Shown: one piece after another, positions 1 through 12,100 of the stretch
Position numbering within the stretch: position 1 is the first letter of the stretch
Layout of the letters: each line of letters begins with the position of its first letter
Source of the DNA: Octopus sinensis
Lineage: Eukaryota
Length of the DNA stretch: 64,000 nucleotides
NCBI RefSeq assembly: GCF_006345805.1
Contig: NC_042997.1
Span: 211,544,001-211,608,000 of the forward strand
Direction of reading: 5' to 3'
Notes under the pieces: model-generated
Seen by the model: only the letters and a program-made list of their open reading frames with translations
Databases searched by the model: none
What the model was told of the DNA's origin: nothing
Translations under genes and position numbers: made by a program

Positions 1-1705
1 TATTAGCCCTTTATGGTTGGTCAATATATAGATATAAATGAGACATTTACAAAAATATCATAAGGCCTCTTCGGAGATTATGTAATATAACTCAGTCTAA
101 ATATATACCCACATGGGTGTGGGTGTGTACCCACAATACAACATATACATATACATATGAGTGCATATACTCACACTCTTATACATATAAAAATATACAT
201 TTACATAATGATATAAATAAATAATATAAATTAATAAACATATATATGTGTTCCACACTCAATGTGTCAGTTTTTCAACTTAATATTGTGATAATAAACA
301 TACACAAATTAGTACCTAGATGCAAATATACATAGTCAATAGTACATTATATTACTTCATAATAATTTCTAAAGTGTCATTAAAGTTAGCATCATTATCG
401 TTGTCAATACCATTAATGTTATCATTGTTATCATTCAAAATATTATTAATAACTCTTACATTATGATCCAGAGCGGAATATATGTATGTCCGTGTTCCAG
501 TTAATAATTTTCCTTATATTTATATTCTCTTTTATATATATTCTACTTATTATACAACATTACTCTTTTATGTACACTTTTTTATGTACATTCCTTTATG
601 TACACTGATTTGTTCTGCTTTTTATGTTTAACCCTACAGTCTCTTATGTGGTGGTTTAATAAAGCATGTGATTGAGTATTATCTGGTAATTGATATTTGA
701 TTTTGGGCAGGGAACACTGACGGGGTTGGTGGCGTGGGTATACTTATCGCTGAGAAATGGGTAGATAAAGTAATTGAGGTAATCAGAGTATGTGACAGAA
801 TACTTAAGATTAGATTAGTGCTTCATCATAGTTTAGCAACCATTATATCAGCCTATGCTCCTCAGTCGGGGCTACCCGATGGACAGAAAGACTGATTCTA
901 TGACACTCTACTGCAGACTACCTCGTTGACGAACGACAGAGACCTTATCTTTGTCGCTGGTGACTTCAATGGTCACGTTGGACGACATGCTGGGGGCTTC
1001 CATGGCGTACATGGAGGCTATGGCTATGGCTCCCGCAACGAGGAGGGAACCAGGCTGCTGGAGTTCTGCGATGCAAATAATCTTATGATTTGCAACACTA
1101 ACTTCAGGAAACCTACCAGCCACCTAGTCACTTACCGATCGGGCCAACATACCAGCCAAATTGACTACATCCTTGCAAGGCAAAGGGAGAGATGGCTGCT
1201 TATAAATGCCAAAACCTTCCCAGGTGAAGAATGTACCCCACAACATAGACTGGTAGTTAGTGACTTTAGGATCAGGACTAGGAGGACAACCAATATGGAG
1301 AAGAAGGATCTGGAAGCTTAAAGATCCTGCAAATGGACAGAGATTTAGGGACATATTACTTGAAGCCTCTGATGAAGTAGAAGGGGATAGAGCATCACAG
1401 GGGGTAGAAGACAGCTGGACGTTTCTAAGGGACAACCTGCTGAGAGCCACTGACCAGATCTGTGGCTGGTGCAAAGTCCCCTCTCGACCTAGAATAACGT
1501 GATGGTGGAACAATATTGTAGACAGGGCTATTAGAGAAAAGAGACAGGCTTGGAAGGTCTGGAAAAATGGGGGTAGCAGAGAATTGTATCAGACTGCCAA
1601 AAGAGAAGCTAGGAGACAGGTTTATTTAGCCAGAGGGGAAGCAGATAAGAAAAAATTTGCCAATGTTCAGCAAAAAGAGAGGTTTGGAGATGCCACTATG
1701 AAAGG

Positions 1706-3028
1706 TTGCTGAATAAAGAAAATGAATGGGATAAAGAGAGTCTGCCGAATGTTGACCCAACAGAGGGACCAGCTATCCGAGTTGATAGTTCCGTGGTAGC
1801 TAAGGCAATTAGAAGCATGAAGACAGGGAAAGCCCCAGGCCCATCAGGAATCACTGCAGAGATGCTCAAAATGTCTGGTAGTGTCGGCTATAGCCTAGTC
1901 ACCCGTATAGTTAATCAGGTGATACACAAAGGAGTCATACCCAATGACTGGTGTAGCAGCATAATAGTCAACTGCTACAAAGGTAAAGGTGACGCCCTAG
2001 ATACAAATAACTACAGAGGTATCAAGCTGTTGGATCAGGTGATGAAGGTTACGGAGAGGGTCATAGCCCAACTAATTAGAGAGAGAGTTAGTTTAGATGA
2101 GATGCAGTTTGGGTTTGTGCCAGGGAAAAGTACTACTGATGCTATATTCCTGGTAAGGCAGCTGCAGGAGAAATACCTAGCCAAAGATAAGCCCCTGTAC
2201 CTGGCTTTTGTTGACATGGAGAAAGCCTTCGACAGGGTCCCCCGATCCCTTATCTGGTGGGCAATGAGGAAACTAGGGATAGATGAATGGTTAGTGAGAG
2301 CTGTGCGGGCCATGTATAGGGACGCCGCTAGTAGGGTGAGGGTTGGAAACGAGTACAGTGAAGAATTCCGGGTAGAGGTAGGGGTCCACCAAGGCTCAGT
2401 ACTCAGCCCCCTCCTATTTATTATAGTCCTCCAGGCAATAACGGAGGAATTCAAGACAGGATGCCCTTGGGAGCTCCTCTATGCTGATGACCTTGCTTTA
2501 ATTGCTGAGTCGCTATCAGAACCGGAGGAGAAGTTTCAGGTGTGGAAACAAGGATTAGAATCGAAGGGCCTCAGAGTCAATCTAGCTAAAACCAAAGTCG
2601 TAATCAGTAGGAAGGTAGACAAATCACAAACGCCTTCAGGTAGATGGCCCTGCTCGATCTGTAGAAAAGGTGTAGGTAGAAACTCTATAAGATGCACCAA
2701 GTGTAAGCTATGGACACATAAGAGGTGCAGCAATGTCAAAGGAAGGCTAACTAGGAAGATGGTTTTTGTATGTGGCAGATGCTCAGGAACAATAAACACT
2801 GAAAATGCTCTGAGACCAACTTCCGTCATTTTCAAGGGAGAAAAACTAGAAATAGTTGATAGTTTCCGTTACCTAGGTGACCAAGTCAGCAGTGGGGGCG
2901 GGTGTGCTGAAAGTGTAACTGCTAGAGTAAGAATAGCTTGGGCAAAGTTCAGAGAGCTCTTACCTCTGCTGGTGACAAAAGGCCTCTCGCACAGAGTGAA
3001 AGGCAGACTGTATGATGCGTATGTATGA
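1706..3028 (+). pseudogene. Reverse transcriptase part of the RTE ORF, longest open segment
   Basis: ORF track 440 aa with canonical non-LTR RT motifs. It ends in a premature TGA and the reading continues at 3035. Confidence 0.92.
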
Positions 3029-3491
3029 ACAGCCATGCTACATGGCAGTGAAACATGGGCCGTGACTGCTGAGGATATGCGTAAGCTCGCAAGAAATGAA
3101 GCCAGTATGCTCCGATGGATGTGTAATGTAAGTACTCATACTCGGCAGAGTGTAAGTACCTTGAGAGAAAAGCTGGACCTAAGAAGCATCAGTTGTGGTG
3201 TGCAAGAGAGACGTTTAATGGATGAAGATAGTTGTGTGAAAAAGTGCCACACCCTAGCGGTTGAGGGAACCTGTGGAAGAGGCAGACCCAGGAAAACCTG
3301 GGACGAGGTGGTGAAGCACAACCCTCGAACTTTAGGTCTCACTGAGGAAATGACTAGAGACCGAGTCCTCTGGAAGTGTGCTGTGCGCGAGAAGACCCGG
3401 CAGGACAAGTGAGTCCATAACCCGTGGCCTTCTATATGGGATGGAGCCAGCCTACGTATGCATACCTTCCCTTCTTGGGACACAAAACTCT

Positions 3492-3692
3492 ACTTGTGAA
3501 GACCTGTTGAGGCAAGTGAGGATCAGAATCGAAATCGATCAATGGAAATTGCAGATGTGTTACCAGTGCCGGTGGCATGTCGAAACTCAACTTGTGAAGA
3601 CCCGTTGAGGCAAGTGAGGATCAGAATCGAAATCGATCAATGGAAATAGATCAATGGAAATTGCAGATGTGTTACCAGTGCCGGTGGCATGT
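3492..3692 (+). repeat. Tandem duplication of ~90 bp in the RTE 3' UTR
   Basis: acttgtgaagacc..gaggcaagtgaggatcagaatcgaaatcgatcaatggaaattgcagatgtgttaccagtgccggtggcatgt occurs at 3492-3580 and 3590-3692. Confidence 0.9.
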
Positions 3693-4150
3693 AAGAGAAC
3701 CTTCCGTTTCGCGACCGTTGCCAGCACCGCCCCGTTTCGTGTCCGTTGCCAGCCTCGCCTGGCCCTCGTGCCGGTAGCACATAAAAAGCACCATCCGTTC
3801 GTGGCCGTTTGCCAGCTCTGTCTGGCACCTGTGCGGGTGGCACGTAAAAAGCCCCCACAACACTCTCGGAGTGGTTGGCGTTAGGAAGGGCATCCAGCCG
3901 TAGAAACACTGCCAGATTTGACTGGGCCTGATGAAGCCTTCTGGCTTCACAGACCCCAGTAGAACCGTCCAACCCATGCTAGCATGGAAAACGGACGCTA
4001 AACGATGATGATGATGATGTATTTCTCCATTTTCTTATCTTGTATATATATTATATATAAAGGGTAAACTTAATTAATTAATAATTTTACCAAGTAGTTT
4101 GTTATGTTAAAAGAACCATTAATGGTAAACTTATACAAAAATTCTATAAT

Positions 4151-4276
4151 TATGAGTATAATTATAATTAGGGTTCAGCAGAATTTGCTTCACCACATAC
4201 TGAAATTTAGAATTTCTAAATTTCGGTATGTGATGAAGCAAATTTTTGCTGAACCCTAATTATAATTATACTCATA
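4151..4276. repeat. Near-perfect 126-bp palindrome (foldback)
   Basis: tatgagtataattataattagggttcagca..tttagaa / t / ttctaaa..tgctgaaccctaattataattatactcata. Centre at 4213, with a few mismatches and one indel. Confidence 0.9.
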
Positions 4277-4290
4277 GGTATAAAAGTTTT

Positions 4291-4470
<180 letters not shown>

Positions 4471-4685
4471 GTGACTGGCTTCATTTCCGTCTGCCATATC
4501 CACTGACAAGTCTGAGATGAAGAGAATTGAAGTCACCTGCTAAAAGTACATTGGTCCCGAAGGCCGGCCTCATTTGGGGCTTGACCTATGAGTGACAAAG
4601 CAGCTTCGAAATGATCTCCATGCTTATCTGCATCAGGAAAACAATTTGATAATGCCTGTGTTGAAACTGAGGTCAATCACGAGCA

Positions 4686-4918
4686 TTTCTTATTTCTTTA
4701 CAACCCACAAGGGGCTAAACACAGAGGGGACAAACAAGGACAGACAAACAGATTAAGTCGATTATATCGACCCCAGTGCGTAACTGGTACTTAACTTATC
4801 GACCCCGAAAGGATGAAAGCAAATTCGACCTCGGTGGAATTTGAACTCAGAACGTAACTGCAGACGAAATACTGCTAAGCATTTCACCCAGCGTGCTAAC
4901 GTGTCTGCCAGCTCGCCA
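4686..4918 (-). mobile_element. tRNA-derived SINE (tail type A)
   Basis: Reverse complement begins ggcgagctggcaga (A-box-like), then ctgagttcaaattcc (B-box), a central gctttcatcctttcggggtcgataagttaagtaccag, and tail tcccctctgtgtttagcccc..taaagaaataagaaa. Confidence 0.85.
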
Positions 4919-4924
4919 CACAAT

Positions 4925-5410
4925 GTGTTGGTATGGGACATTTGTTGCCTGGTCTCCGTGGATAAAGATCACTATTTCTCTTTGTGTTGATATTCTGTCG
5001 TCAGTTCTCATTTGTACATAACCTCACATATGTACTTCTGCATCCAATATGTTTGGGGTTAAGGCGGAAAGCTGACAGAAACGTTAGCATGCCAGGTGAT
5101 ATGCTCAGCGGTATTTTGTCTGTCTTTATGTTCTGAGTTCAAATTCTGCCAAGGTCGACTTTGCCTTTCATCCTTTCGGTGGTCGATAAATTAAGTACCA
5201 GTTGTATACTGGGGTCAATCTAATCAACTGACCTCCCCTCTCCAACAATCTCAGGCCTTGCACCTAGAGTAGAAAAGAATGTTTGGGGTTAGGTGTGTTT
5301 CACTTAGTGCTATACACATTGTCCTTTCTTGCAGTGCAAGGTCTCTAAGATATGATACTTTTGTTTTATTTGTGAAGAGTGAAAGACCTTGTACATTCGG
5401 TATCATTATA
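4925..5410 (-). mobile_element. Remnant of an APE endonuclease from a non-RTE LINE, interrupted by a SINE
   Basis: NVQGL..KVSYL..CIALSETHLTPN reads on across the SINE into ILDAEVHM*GYVQMRTD, a typical EN N-terminus. Confidence 0.65.
5062..5278 (+). mobile_element. tRNA-derived SINE (tail type B) with 13-bp target site duplication
   Basis: Head ggcggaaagctgacagaa, B-box gttcaaattc, same central domain as the 4686 SINE. TSD atgtttggggtta at 5049-5061 and 5279-5291. Confidence 0.9.
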
Positions 5411-6235
5411 GAGTTGAGTATGTGGGTCAATAAAAGCAATGGTGTGGTTGTGCACAGGGGTAATAGCAGTGGTTGGTGCCGTGTAAAAGCTAGAAGTTTG
5501 TTTTCCCATTTCTTTGCTAGATTCATCACCATTAAAAAAGAATTTTCTTGTTTTGGAAGGGGTTGTCATCTGGAGTTGGTATGGTTGCACTGTTAAATAT
5601 GCTTAGAGTTATACTGTTTGCGGCTGTTGATTTTACTATTGTACCCAGCAGATATCTGGGTGATTTCTGAGTTTCCATGAAAGTCTGGACCAACGCTGTC
5701 ACTATTAGGGATGTTTCAATTATGGTTTTGTTGGTGGTTTGGTGTCATGCATCGAGTTCCTGGAAGATGAGTGAAGTGAGTGTTGCACATCAGAAATAAT
5801 CTTTTATGTTGGGAAAAGCAGCAGATTTTAATTTTCCATGTTACATGTGTAGAAACAACAAAGTTTGATTTGGTATTTGGTGGTGGTGATGGTGGTGGTG
5901 GTGGTGGTGTAAGATGTGTGCTTTGGCATTGGAGGGTGTTGCTTGTATGAATGCTGTGTCTTGTCACAGGCAAATGGGTGAAGTTGCCATCAGTGCATAT
6001 GCATAGTCTCTCATGTTGAGAACAATGGTATATTCTGGGGTTTTGTGTGTTCATAAATTTTGCTTTATTTACAGTTGGAAGATTTATCATGGAACAGTGA
6101 GGCATGAATTCATATTAAAGTGGACAGTGGGATGGGGGGAAGAAAGGAATGGGTTTTCACTAACTGAAGTAGTAGTAGTGGTAATGGTAGGAGTGGTATC
6201 TCTCCTTCCTGTGTTACCTCCCATATCTCTTTCCC

Positions 6236-8026
6236 AGTTTTCAGAGTTGGCACTGTAAATGTAGGTATATTGAAAGGTAAGTCTAGTGCGATTGTAGAGA
6301 TGCTTGAATGGAGACATGCTGATGTATGTTGCATACAAGAGGTAAGGTGGAGAGGAGCTTCAGCCAGAGTCCTCACAGGCAAAGAACATAGGTATAAACT
6401 CTTCTGGGAAGGTAACTGTGATGGAATAGGAGGTGTGGGCATACTTCTTGAAGAGAAATGGATGGATAAGGTCATAGAGGTAGTGAGGGTGTACGACAGA
6501 GTGCTTAAACTCAGGCTAGTCTTACAAAATGGTATAGCTACAATTATCTCTGCCTACGCTCCACAAGTGGGTCAACCAAATTAACAGAAAGATCACTTTT
6601 ATGATATTCTTCTGCGGGCTACCTCAAAGACGAGTGACAATGATTTCATCTTTGTGGCTGGAATTTTAATGGGCATGTTGGACAGCAACCTGGTATCTAC
6701 CATGGTGTACATGGCAGCCATGGAGTTTCTACAAGAAATGAAGAGGGAACTAGGCTCCTGGAGTTCTGTGATGCAAATAACCTATTGATCTACAACACCA
6801 ACTTCAGGAAGCCAGCCAGCCACATGATAACCTATGAATCGGATAACTCTTCTTGCCAGATTGATTTCATTCTCATGAGACAACGGGATACATGGCTGCT
6901 TTTAAATACAAAGACCCTCCCTGGTGAAGAATGTACCCCACAGCATAGACTCGTTATTAGTGACTTCAGACTTGAGGCCAGAAGGATGCCAAAAAGCAGA
7001 TCAATCTGGAAAGAAGAATTTGGAAGCTTAAGAACCCTTCACATGGTCAGATATTTAGGGACATCATCACCGACAAATCTGATGAGAGGGTGGAGGAGCT
7101 ACAGTCCTGTGACGTAGAAGGCAGCTGGGAATTCCTGCAAGTCTGTTTGCTGAGCACCACAGACCAAATCTGTGGCACTGGTGCAAAGTCCCTTCCAGAC
7201 CTAGGGTAACATGGTGGTGGAACATTATTGTAGACAGGTCTATAAGAGCAAAGAGACAGGCTTGGAAGGCCTGTAAGAGTGGAGGTAGCAGGAGACTGTA
7301 TCAGATAGCCAAAAAGGGAAACTAAGAGACAGGTGTATATAGCCAAGGAGTAGCAGAAAAGAAGAAGTTTGCCAATGTTCAGCAAGGTGAGAACTAAAGA
7401 ACTGAAGTATTTCGGATTGCAAGACAGTGTGTGAGAGAAAACCGTGATGTCATAGAAGAGAAATGTGTTTGCATGGATGATGGAGTCCTTGTGTTTAATG
7501 ATTCTGCAAAGAAAGAGGCTTGGAGATGCCATTGTAAAAGAGTACTGAATGTGGAGAATGAATGGGAGGAAGAGAGTCTGTCAAAGGTTGACCCAGTAGA
7601 GGGACGAGCTACCCAAATCGACAGTACCCTGGTAGATAACGCAATTAAGGATATGGAGACAGGAAAATCCCCCGGCCCATCAGGAATCACTGCTGAGATG
7701 CTTAACATATCTGGTGACATGGGTTATGGTCTTGTCACCCATACCGTAAATCAGGTTGTTTATGAAGGAGTCATACCCAATGACTGGTGTAGCAGCACCA
7801 TAGTCAACTGCTACAAGGGGAAAAGTGATGCTTTTGCTAGAAATAACTACAGCGGTATCAAATTATTGGATCGGCTGATGAAAGTTACAGAGGGGGTCAT
7901 AGCCCAACTAATTAGGGAGAGAGTTAGCCTAGATGAGATGCAGTTTGGTTTTGTGCCAGGCAGAAGCACCACTGATGTTATATTTCTGGTAAGGCAACTG
8001 CAGGAGAAATACCTAGCCAAAGATAA
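6236..8026 (+). mobile_element. RTE LINE with EN N-terminus, 3'-truncated within RT; degenerate
   Basis: RVGTVNVGILKGKS..ADVCCIQEVRWRG..SAYAPQ, then GKSPGPSG, NYSGIKLL, QFGFVPGRSTTD. Stops abruptly after KYLAKD. Confidence 0.92.
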
Positions 8027-8801
8027 ATCTGACCTTGGACCTTGAAAGTTTGCATGAATCCTGGCTCAGTTAAATCTCTTGTGGCTCCAAATGATGTCAC
8101 CTGTAATGCACCGTTGTATTGTCTAATTCTGTTTTGGAAATCTTGGAATCTTGGCAATTAATGAAAACAGTTTCTTAAATGACTGTGGAGGTTGGGGGAT
8201 TGCAGGGAGTTTAACATTTCCACCCCTGCAGCACAGTGCAAGTGTCTCTCCAGGCCACTTCCTTGCTTTACAATGCTTGCACTCAGTTGTCATTGCACCA
8301 ATGGAAACTCTAGTGCTTTTTTCTTGTTCCTTTGATATTGACTCTGGTTCACTGACAAATTTCGGTTCAACCTGTACAATTCTTTATTTTCCGTAGAAGT
8401 TTCTTATTTACTTTCTGTCTGTTACCCAGTTATTTTCATTGTTTACTATCTTCTGCACCTGTGTATTTCTGTATACTTATGTAACCATGCCTAGAAGGAA
8501 AGTGTCAAATTTGTCTGCAATGTCAAGGTCAGCCAAAAGAATGTCTCTGTGAGACAGCTGCGGAAAGATACAATCAATTTCTGAAACTTACTTCACAAAG
8601 AGTTGTGTCCCTTATTAACATAACCCAGGGATGGGTGTTTTCTGCTTCCAAGGGGCCCGTTACTCATTATTTGAAGAATTTTAAGAGTCTGATGCCACAC
8701 CTGGAACATAAGTAATGTATGTTCACAGTTTGGGGAAAATCAGTTGAAAAATACGGCCGTTATAATCTTTTACACACACAGAAAGGGATTTATATTATAG
8801 A
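8022..8801 (-). mobile_element. Helitron 5' fragment (terminus plus N-terminal RepHel region)
   Basis: Minus-strand translation IGAMTTECKHCKARKWPGETLALCCRGGNVKLPAIPQPP, a frameshift, then FQNRIRQYNGALQVTSFGAT..PGFMQTFKVQGQIY, matching the Helitron RepHel N-terminal pattern. Minus-strand a|TCTATAATATAAATCC at 8801 fits a 5'-TC terminus after a host A. Confidence 0.85.
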
Positions 8802-8844
8802 TGTATATATATATATGTGTGTCTGTATATATATGAATATGTGT

Positions 8845-9050
8845 GTGTGTCTGTGTTTCTACCCCCACCATTGATTGACAACCGATTTTACTGTTCTTAT
8901 ATCCCCATAACTTAGCTATTTGTCAAAGTACACCGATAGACTAAGTACTAGGCTTACAAAGAATAAATCCTGTAGTTGATTTCTTCAACTTTAAGGTGGT
9001 GCTCCAGCATGGCTGGAGTCATGTTACTAAAACATGTAAAACAATAAAAA
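8845..9050 (+). mobile_element. SINE 3' half (second family)
   Basis: Degenerate ..ccccataacttagc..gatagactaagtactaggcttacaaagaataa..ggtggtgctccagcatggc..aaaacaataaaa. Recognised from memory as a common octopus SINE tail. Confidence 0.6.
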
Positions 9051-9289
9051 TCTGTACCATTTTAATCCCAAGCAATGCTAGGTAGGTGTCTCTGCTAGTA
9101 TATATATGTATATATATATATATATATGAATTAATATAAGAAATTAATAGAAGTAAAGATAAAGGAACACTAATTTCTAAATCAACTTCATTGGCTTACA
9201 GTTGTTTCTGCTATGGGTAGCTGTGCAATTAGTGATGTGTGTTTGTGCATCTGCTTCTAACTTCCTTGGTTATATATCACCATGATCTT

Positions 9290-9440
9290 CTTGTCATCAT
9301 CGTTATGTAGCGTCCTTTCTCCAGGCTGGGTTGGACAGTTTGATAGGATCCAATGGCTGCAAGGACTGCATTGCACTTCAGTATCTGCTTTGCTGGGATT
9401 TCTACGACGTGATGCCCTTCTTAATGCAATAACATTTGCA
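9290..9440 (-). mobile_element. RTE-type 3' tail fragment
   Basis: Reverse complement resembles 3860-4018 (taagaagggcatc..gtagaaa..ccaaccc..acgatgatgac). Confidence 0.6.
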
Positions 9441-9499
9441 GAGTTTACTGGGTGCTTTTTTATGTCCCTAGCACTTGTGTGCCTCAGAGAGAGATAATT

Positions 9500-9722
9500 A
9501 CTCCACACGGTAGTGAGACGTGAGCCCTGAAGGCAGAGGACATACGAAGGTTAGAAAAGAATGAGGTTAGTCTGCTCCACTGGATGTGTAATGTAAGTGT
9601 ACTTATTCGACAGAGTGCCAGTGTTCTGAGAGAGAAGTTAGGCAGAAAAGGGAATTTGTTGCTGTGTGCAAAGGGGGTGACTGTACTGGTTTGGTCATGT
9701 GATGTGGATGGATTCCAACAGC
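9500..9722 (+). mobile_element. RTE C-terminal fragment
   Basis: LHGSET*ALKAEDIRRLEKNEVSLLHWMCNVSV..RQSASVLREKLG, homologous to 3035-3200. Confidence 0.8.
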
Positions 9723-10074
9723 TCCTGTTGTCTTTGTTGTAATTTTCACTGTCCTGGTTTTCTCCTCTAACCCTGATCTCTTTATTGTTGTTGCTGTTCT
9801 TCTTTCTATGCTTGTTGCTGCTGTTGTTGTTTTCCTCTTTGTAATCAATGCTCTCTATAGTCATGATGACTCAGCTGTCATTGTCTTTGTGTGTCCCAAC
9901 ATTTTGTAATCTGAGAAATGGGATTATCTGATCTCAGCTGCATGTTTTGCTGCTGCTGTTGGCTTATTTTGTGCGAAAGCTCTCTAAAGAGTTCAGTGGA
10001 TTGGTATTGGGGTTGGTGTTCTATGTATTGAATCAACATTATGAACATCCTTTAATGTCATTTGTCCATGTTGT

Positions 10075-12100
10075 CAATCATTGGAGGTGTGACCCGAGCT
10101 CGCAAGATGGGGAGTAGGCTGCACCAGGCTCCAGTCGTATTTGGCTTGGTTTCTATGACTGGATGCCCTTCCTAACACTTCGCAGACTTTGCTGATTGCT
10201 TTTACCACTGGCCCCACATGGAAGCTTTTACCTGACACCACACGGGCTCTTTTAGGTGACACCACAACGGCACTTTTATGTAACGCCATACGGACGCTTT
10301 ACCTGACAATGCATGAGCGCTTTACATGAAATGATGCTTTTACGTGGCACTGCACAAGTGCTTTTATGTATTGCTTCATGGGCACTTTTAAGTGGTACCA
10401 TGTGAGCGCTTTCACATAGTACCTCAGGGATGGCTGCATACTACTAGAAGGATTGGTCTTAAAACTTCTGTTATAAGGTAGTAGGCTTTTGACTGAGGCC
10501 AGGTGCCAGGTATCTCGGTCCTTTGTCATCTCACCTGAAAGGTTCAGCATCTTGAGGTCGTTCATCAGCACTTCATTCCATGTCTTCCTGGGTCCTCCAT
10601 CCACTTTGAGAGAAATGCACTTTTTTATGGAGCTGTTGGCATCGACCTGCATCACATAACCAAACCAGTACAGTCTTCTCTTGCACACAGCAACCAATTC
10701 CTCTTATGCCTAACTTCTCTCTCAGAATACTGGCACTCTGTAGAAAATGTACGCTTACATTAAACACCTGGCAGAGCATACTAGCCTCATTCCTCTCTAA
10801 CCTTCACATGTCCTTTTCATTCAGGGCCCACATCTCACTACCATGTATAATTGTTGTTTGTATACATGTATCATACAATCATTCTTTGAAACAGAGAAAC
10901 CTTTCGTGGCCAATACAGGTAACAGCTCTCTGAATTTCCTCCATCCTATTCTTATTCTAGCTATTACACTTTCTGTGCATCCTCCCCTATTACTAATTTG
11001 GTCCCGTAGGTCTCAGAGATTATCTACTAACACTAAGGTGCCACCAGGGCATTTGAGAATCTCAATTTCCCAGGTCGCTAAAGTTTTGATGGACCCTGCA
11101 CATCTTCTATATCCGAAAACCTTCCAATTAACCTACTGCACCTCTTGTGTGACCATAGCTTTCACTGGACACACCATAGAGAGTTCACCCTTACACTTTT
11201 ACTACAAATTGAACAGGGCTACCTACGTAGGTGGCCAGGAGGACAATGATGAAATGGAGGGGATACTAAGGACTGAGCCTTGATGAACTCCTACCTCTAC
11301 ACCTAATTCTTTGCCATACTCGTGGTGTCTTTGTGCACGGTCTGTACAGCTTTCACCAGTCACTCGTCTATCCCTATCCTCCTCAGAGCCCACCGTATCA
11401 CACAGCGGGGCACTCTATCGAAAGATTCCTCTAAATAAACAGATGCCAATTATAATGTTTTATTCTTCTCTTGAAATTGCCTGATTATGAAAATAGCATC
11501 AGAATTGATTCTTCGTTGGACAAAGCTGAACTGCATTTCGTCAAGCCAAATTCTGGGCCATAACTCTCTATGTAATTTTCTTCACCTGGTCCAGGAGTTG
11601 ATGCTTCTGTAATTGCTTCAATCTATCCTTGTAGCAGCTAACAATGATGCTGCAATGCCAGTCACTGGGTATTACACCTTCCTCAATGACTTAATTAACT
11701 AATGTAGGGGACAAGCCCATAACCTGCCTTATTTTGAGCGTCTCTGCTGTGATTCTGGTTGGAACTGGGGCTTTCCCATGTTTTCATGTTTTTAATTGCC
11801 TTCTCTATCACACCACTGTACACTAGGATAGCCAGTCCATCTGTTGGGATCACATGAGGGAGACTCCCTTTATCCCATTCGTTCTCTACATTCAACAGTC
11901 TGGCATAGTAACTTTTCCACGCTTCTCTCTTGTCCACATCACTGAATGCAAGCATACCATTATCCATCCACTCACATTTCTCTCCTACAATATCCCGTTT
12001 TTCTCTGACACACTGTCTGGTAATCCAGTATACCTCAAGTCTGACCATCACGCTGTAGAACTTTGGAAAACATCTTCTTCACTGCTTCTACCCTGACTAT
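10075..12100 (-). mobile_element. Old degenerate RTE copy (RT to 3' UTR)
   Basis: Minus-strand remnants CVREKRDIVGEKC..LLNVENEWDK, LDEMQF, DRVP..GIDEWLV, HQGSVL, PCSIC..HKRC, ARIRIGWRKF, REKLGIRGIGCCVQE, plus the shared 3' tail. Confidence 0.85.

Larger units (their letters stand above)
707..4018 (+). mobile_element. RTE-clade LINE, 5'-truncated and non-functional (APE endonuclease + RT + PHD-like finger + 3' UTR ending in (GAT)n)
   Basis: EN motifs GVGGVGIL..SAYAPQ..VAGDFNGHVG..SQIDYIL (707-1300). ORF 1706-3028 has RT motifs NYRGIKLL, QFGF, FVDMEKAFDRV, GVHQGSVLSP, YADD (2480-2491). C-terminus LHGSETW..GRGRPRKTW (3035-3412). Tail catgctagcatgg..(gat)n. Disrupted by stops, frameshifts and deletions. 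Confidence 0.95.

Noticed and set aside
3927-3960. Hammerhead suggested by CTGATGA plus a hairpin
   Set aside because: No GAAA follows the hairpin and no stem III/NUH is present. It is part of a simple stem-loop.
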